Shown: positions 27,699 to 31,941 of the stretch, in pieces
Position numbering within the stretch: the stretch's first letter is position 1
How the letters are laid out: each line of letters starts with the position of its first letter
DNA from: an uncultured Candidatus Izemoplasmatales bacterium
GTDB lineage: Bacteria; Bacillota_I; Bacilli_A; Izemoplasmatales; Hujiaoplasmataceae
Reading direction: 5' to 3'
DNA length: 31,941 bases
Assembly: GCA_964367605.1 (NCBI GenBank)
Contig: CAYIYY010000001.1
Location: forward strand, 1-31,941
Position numbers and translations under genes: made by a program
Notes under the pieces: generated by a model
Databases searched by the model: none
Told to the model about the DNA's origin: nothing
The model's input: the letters and a program-made list of their open reading frames with translations, nothing else

Positions 27699-28817
27699 CT
27701 ATCCTTTTGATTCCTCGTTTTGTTGGATGAGGAATGCGTCGATGAAATCATCTAAATCGCCATCCATCACTTTTTGTACGTTCCCTGTTTCTTGATTTGT
27801 TCGATGATCTTTAACCATCGAATAAGGGTGAAACACATAAGAGCGAATTTGTGATCCGAATGCGTTTGAGATTTTATTATTTGCTAATTGTTCAAGTTGT
27901 TCGTGTTGTCTTTCAAGTTCTAATTGATAAAGTTTACCTCTTAACACACGCATCGCTGTTTCTCGGTTTTGGATTTGACTGCGTTCGTTTTGACAAGTAA
28001 CCACGATTTTTGTCGGTAAGTGGGTAATTCGAACTGCAGAATCCGTCGTATTAACACTTTGTCCACCGTTCCCACCGGATCGGTAGACATCGATTTTTAA
28101 ATCCTCATCATTAATTTCAATGTTGATCGAATCATCGAGTTCAGGTACAACCGTGACCGAAGCAAAAGAAGTATGTCTTCTACCAGAAGCATCAAACGGT
28201 GAAATTCTTACTAATCGGTGAACCCCTGATTCTGCTTTTAAATATCCGTAAGTATTCGGACCAGAGATTAGAATAGTAGCTGATTTTAAACCAGTTTCAT
28301 CACCAACCATGTAATCAAGGACGGTGACTTTATACTTTTTGGATTCGGCGTATCTTAAATACATGCGGTAAAGCATTTCTGCCCAATCTTGACTTTCGGT
28401 ACCACCCGCTCCGGGATGGAATTCTAAGATTGCATTGAATTTATCATAAGGTTTATTGAGTAATGTCGAGACTCTTAAATCAGCGACCATTTTCTTAAAT
28501 TGTTTAACATCAGAATCGATTTGAGACAGATCCGTCGTCTCATCAATTTCAGCGAGTTCATAAGTCATTTGTAATGTTTCAAACAAATCTTTGATTGCTT
28601 GATATGATTCTATTTTTGATTTTAATAGATTTTGTTTTTCAATCACTGATTGTGCTCTTTTTTGGTCAGACCAAAAATCGGTAGCATAGGACAATTGATC
28701 AAGTTCTGTGAGTTCTTTTTGATATGATTCCAAATCAAAAGAATTGTCAAGAATTGATAAATCTTCTTTGAGTTCGGATAATATGACTTTTAATTCGAGA
28801 TATGTCAAATTAATCAC
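27699..28817 (-). CDS. prfB: Peptide chain release factor 2
   Basis: GAGGTESQDW, ESGVHRLVRISPF (SPF = RF2), GGQ and FGSQIRSY motifs. It is an uninterrupted ORF. Start is GTG 28817 or TTG 28808 (SD AGGTGA). Confidence 0.97.
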   Translation of the reverse strand: MINLTYLELKVILSELKEDLSILDNSFDLESYQKELTELDQLSYATDFWSDQKRAQSVIEKQNLLKSKIESYQAIKDLFETLQMTYELAEIDETTDLSQIDSDVKQFKKMVADLRVSTLLNKPYDKFNAILEFHPGAGGTESQDWAEMLYRMYLRYAESKKYKVTVLDYMVGDETGLKSATILISGPNTYGYLKAESGVHRLVRISPFDASGRRHTSFASVTVVPELDDSINIEINDEDLKIDVYRSGGNGGQSVNTTDSAVRITHLPTKIVVTCQNERSQIQNRETAMRVLRGKLYQLELERQHEQLEQLANNKISNAFGSQIRSYVFHPYSMVKDHRTNQETGNVQKVMDGDLDDFIDAFLIQQNEESKG

Positions 28818-28823
28818 CTGTTC

Positions 28824-31310
28824 TTAATGAATGTTTTGTCCATGGCAATGTTTAAATTTTTTACCTGAACCACAAGGACATGGATCATTGCGGCCAACGG
28901 TTGTTTGAACTTTCACAGGTTGACGTTTGCGGTTTTCATCTTCTTTACCAGAGAAGGTTGAAATCGGTTTTGCGACTTGTACTCTTTCGGTATTTTGTCT
29001 CACTTGTGCTTTTAATACAAAACGAGTTACTTCGCTTTGAATGGTTTGAACCATGGATTCAAACATCTTAAAGCCCATTTCTTGATATTCTCTAAAGGGG
29101 TTAATTTGTCCATAACTTTGTAAAGTGACAGATTGACGAAGTTCACTCATGGAGTCGATATGTTGAACCCAATAAGTATCAACAACCCTCAAAGTAATCG
29201 CTTTTAAGAAATCGTTATAGATTTTTTCATTCGCCAATGATTTTTTCATTTCTACTTCTTTTTTATAAGAATCCATCACATAAGATTCCAAATCATTAGC
29301 TTGATTGAAAATTATATCTTTTTCTAGCAAATCCTTAGGGAAATAACGATTGAGTTGTTTCCACGCTTCTTCGCGATCAGTCCCATAGTTTAATAGAATT
29401 GTTTTCAGGGTTGATTCAATCATGGAATTAACAGAATCTTCAATGACCTCTTTGAATAATACATCCGTTCTTTGGGCATAAATGATTTCTCTTTGACGAC
29501 GTAAAATTTCGTCATATTGTAGTACGGTTTTACGACGGTCAAAGTTATTTCCTTCAATTTGATGTTGGGCACGAAGCACCATTTTTGAGAACATGCCATA
29601 ATCTAATGGTTGTTCTTGGTCTGAACCTTTGGTCATCGTAATTAAAGAAATCATTCTTTTGAAACGATCCCCACCGAAACGACGCATTAAATCATCATCG
29701 GCTGATAAATAAAATCTTGAGTAACCCGGGTCACCTTGACGTCCGCTTCGACCTCTTAACTGATTGTCAATACGTCTAGATTCATGACGCTCAGTACCGA
29801 TAACAGCCAATCCACCCAGTGCTTTTACACCTTCGCCGAGTTTAATGTCGGTACCACGTCCAGCCATATTGGTCGCAATCGTTACCGCGCCTTTTTGGCC
29901 AGCGTTTAAAACAATTTCGGCTTCGCGTTCATGTTGTTTCGCATTTAATACGTTATGTTTAATGCCCCGTTTTTTGAGAAGTCCACTTAGCAATTCTGAA
30001 CTTTCAATTGAAATAGTACCAATCAATAACGGTTGGCCTAACTCGTGACGTTTTTGAATTTCATCGGCTAACGCAATATATTTCGCGTTCATAGTAGCAA
30101 AGATTAAGTCGTTATCATCAATACGGATAACAGGCATGTTGGTTGGTATTTCAACAACGAACATGTTATAGATGTTATGAAATTCTTCTTCCTCAGTTTT
30201 AGCAGTACCAGTCATACCAGCAATCTTTTTGTACATTCTGAAGAAATTTTGGAAGGTAATCGTTGCGAGTGTCGTCGTTTCTTTCTTAACTTCAACCGCT
30301 TCTTTGGCTTCTAAAGCTTGATGAAGTCCTTCAGAAAATTGACGGCCATGCATCAAACGTCCGGTAAAAGGGTCGACGATAATGACTTTGCCATCTTGAA
30401 CGACGTAATCGACGTCTTTTGTCATAATGTAATTCGCTCTTAAAGCATTATTAATGTGATGTAATAACACGACATTATCTAAATCATATAAATTTTCAAT
30501 ATGAAAGAATTCTTCAGCTTTTTGAATACCTGCTTCCGTTAAGTTGACCGTTTTATCTTTGATGTCAACTTGGAAATCAGTTTCACCAATTCGAATGGCG
30601 AAAATGTTGGCTTGTAAATAGAGCTGTGCCGTATTTTTTTCTCCCCCGGATATGATTAATGGGGTTCTTGCTTCATCGATTAAAATTGAGTCAACTTCGT
30701 CTATGATAGCAAAAGCAAGTGGGCGTTGAACTAACGCTTCTTTGTAAATAACCATGTGATCACGCAAATAGTCAAATCCTAACTCGTTATTCGTTGAATA
30801 TAGGATGTCGCTATTATAAGCTTCACGTTTTTGTTCTGGTGTCAATTCGCGAGTATTGAGTCCGACCGTTAAGCCTAAATATCGGAATAAATTACCGATT
30901 TCTCCTTCGGCTTCACGGGCAGCTAAATATTCGTTGACGGTCACGATATGAACGCCATCACCTGATAATGCATTGAGATAAGCAGGCATAACAGCGGTCA
31001 AGGTTTTACCTTCACCGGTCTTCATTTCTGCGATGTTGCCTTCGTGAATAACGACAGCACCCATCACTTGAACTTTAAATGGCGTCATTCCCGTTACACG
31101 CGTTGACGCTTCTCTAACGACTGCAAAAGCTTCAACCATTAATTGGTCTAAAGTTTCACCGTTTCTATATCGTTCTTTAAATTCAATCGTTTTTGCTTTC
31201 AATGCTTCTTCTGAATACGATTGAAAGGTTAAAGCGAGCGCTAAAACTTGGTCTGCAATTTTCTCGAGACGTTTTAACGTTTTTTTATTGGGGTTTAAAA
31301 ATCCTAACAT
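28824..31310 (-). CDS. secA: Preprotein translocase ATPase SecA
   Basis: [39 protein letters not shown] and C-terminal [19 protein letters not shown] motifs. Start set at ATG 31310 (SD GGTGA). The ORF track starts at 31346. Confidence 0.98.
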   Translation of the reverse strand: MLGFLNPNKKTLKRLEKIADQVLALALTFQSYSEEALKAKTIEFKERYRNGETLDQLMVEAFAVVREASTRVTGMTPFKVQVMGAVVIHEGNIAEMKTGEGKTLTAVMPAYLNALSGDGVHIVTVNEYLAAREAEGEIGNLFRYLGLTVGLNTRELTPEQKREAYNSDILYSTNNELGFDYLRDHMVIYKEALVQRPLAFAIIDEVDSILIDEARTPLIISGGEKNTAQLYLQANIFAIRIGETDFQVDIKDKTVNLTEAGIQKAEEFFHIENLYDLDNVVLLHHINNALRANYIMTKDVDYVVQDGKVIIVDPFTGRLMHGRQFSEGLHQALEAKEAVEVKKETTTLATITFQNFFRMYKKIAGMTGTAKTEEEEFHNIYNMFVVEIPTNMPVIRIDDNDLIFATMNAKYIALADEIQKRHELGQPLLIGTISIESSELLSGLLKKRGIKHNVLNAKQHEREAEIVLNAGQKGAVTIATNMAGRGTDIKLGEGVKALGGLAVIGTERHESRRIDNQLRGRSGRQGDPGYSRFYLSADDDLMRRFGGDRFKRMISLITMTKGSDQEQPLDYGMFSKMVLRAQHQIEGNNFDRRKTVLQYDEILRRQREIIYAQRTDVLFKEVIEDSVNSMIESTLKTILLNYGTDREEAWKQLNRYFPKDLLEKDIIFNQANDLESYVMDSYKKEVEMKKSLANEKIYNDFLKAITLRVVDTYWVQHIDSMSELRQSVTLQSYGQINPFREYQEMGFKMFESMVQTIQSEVTRFVLKAQVRQNTERVQVAKPISTFSGKEDENRKRQPVKVQTTVGRNDPCPCGSGKKFKHCHGQNIH

Positions 31311-31386
31311 GAAAGTCACCTCTTCATAACATAATAATAATACCATATTTTATGGTATATTCACAACTTTATTTGACTCAAATTTC

Positions 31387-31415
31387 AAAAAAAAGTGACC
31401 TTTAAGAGGTCACTT
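31387..31415 (-). terminator. Intrinsic terminator of hpf
   Basis: 9-bp stem AAGTGACCT/AGGTCACTT with a 5-nt loop, followed by T6 on the minus strand. Confidence 0.78.
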
Positions 31416-31426
31416 CAAATTCCTTC

Positions 31427-31941
31427 TTATTCTGTTTCTATGATACCGTATTTTCCATCTTCTCTAAGGTAGATAACACAAACTTCATTGTCTTCATTTC
31501 TGAAGATAAAGAAATCATGTCCAAGAAGATCCATTTGTGTAATTGCTTCTTCAGTTGATAAGATATCGAGTTTAATTCTTTTGCGTTTAACAGGTGATGT
31601 TAATTCCCGTTCAAGTTTTTCAAAATCAATTTCATCGGTTTTAAACGCATCTTTTAATCCAGTTCTAACTTGTAAGCTGCGATTCATTTTGTATTTATTC
31701 TTACGAATTTGAGCTTCAAGTTTGTCAATCGCGATGTCGATAGCAGCATACATATCCTTGTCGGCTACTTCTGCTCTAATCGTGAGGAATTTAATCGGTA
31801 TCGTGATTTCTACTTTCATGAGGTCTTTCTCAACTTTACAAATGACGAAAGCCTCTAACTCCTCAGAGAAGACTTTTTCGATCTTCTTGAGTTTTTTTTC
31901 AACATAACTTCTGATTGCTGGTGTGATTTCCAAGCCATTTT
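31427..31941 (-). CDS. hpf: Ribosome hibernation promoting factor, long form (5' end beyond the window)
   Basis: EITPAIRSYVEKKL, DMYAAID...KLE.Q.RK and a C-terminal 'EEAITQMDLLGHDFFIF' domain. The frame is open to the window end (KNGLEIT...). Confidence 0.92.
   Translation of the reverse strand, partial: NGLEITPAIRSYVEKKLKKIEKVFSEELEAFVICKVEKDLMKVEITIPIKFLTIRAEVADKDMYAAIDIAIDKLEAQIRKNKYKMNRSLQVRTGLKDAFKTDEIDFEKLERELTSPVKRKRIKLDILSTEEAITQMDLLGHDFFIFRNEDNEVCVIYLREDGKYGIIETE

Noticed and set aside
28746-28760. CTT GAC in early prfB resembling a remnant of the CTT-TGA-C frameshift site
   Set aside because: It lies four codons upstream of the homologous S-L/D-L position, has no in-frame stop and has no internal SD, so it is probably coincidental.
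31427-31933. TTG at 31933 as the hpf start
   Set aside because: The frame stays open to the window edge (KNG-LEIT), matching the internal G.N.EIT motif of HPF, so the true start is outside the window.

Overview
Low-GC, standard-genetic-code (TGA used as stop, RF2 present) housekeeping region. Gene content and style suggest an Acholeplasmatales/Izemoplasmatales-like member of the Bacilli, which is inference only. It holds 27 CDS, 25 on the minus strand: hpf (cut by the window edge), secA-prfB-yitT-recX-glgB-glgC-[glgD::glgA fusion]-glgP, lipoprotein-cyclase, an FMN riboswitch with a RibU-like ECF S component, an orphan 2-TM gene (+), GDPD-PfkB kinase-nitroreductase, pgm-small Cys-rich protein-ung-folT, a Thermotoga-type GH13 maltosyltransferase (+), gpmI-membrane protein-eno, and secG-rnr-smpB followed by the 5' end of tmRNA. 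I saw no mobile elements, CRISPR arrays, rRNA or tRNA. The most notable observations are (1) a single ORF fusing the ADP-glucose pyrophosphorylase GlgD subunit to glycogen synthase, (2) a riboswitch-controlled S component with about 5 extra N-terminal TM helices built from an ungapped 65-aa tandem duplication, and (3) a cre-like palindrome lying exactly midway between two divergent TATAAT boxes for gpmI-eno and the maltosyltransferase. Novelty could not be checked without databases. Coordinates and alignments were counted by eye, and some start codons were moved from the ORF track to positions supported by a Shine-Dalgarno sequence.
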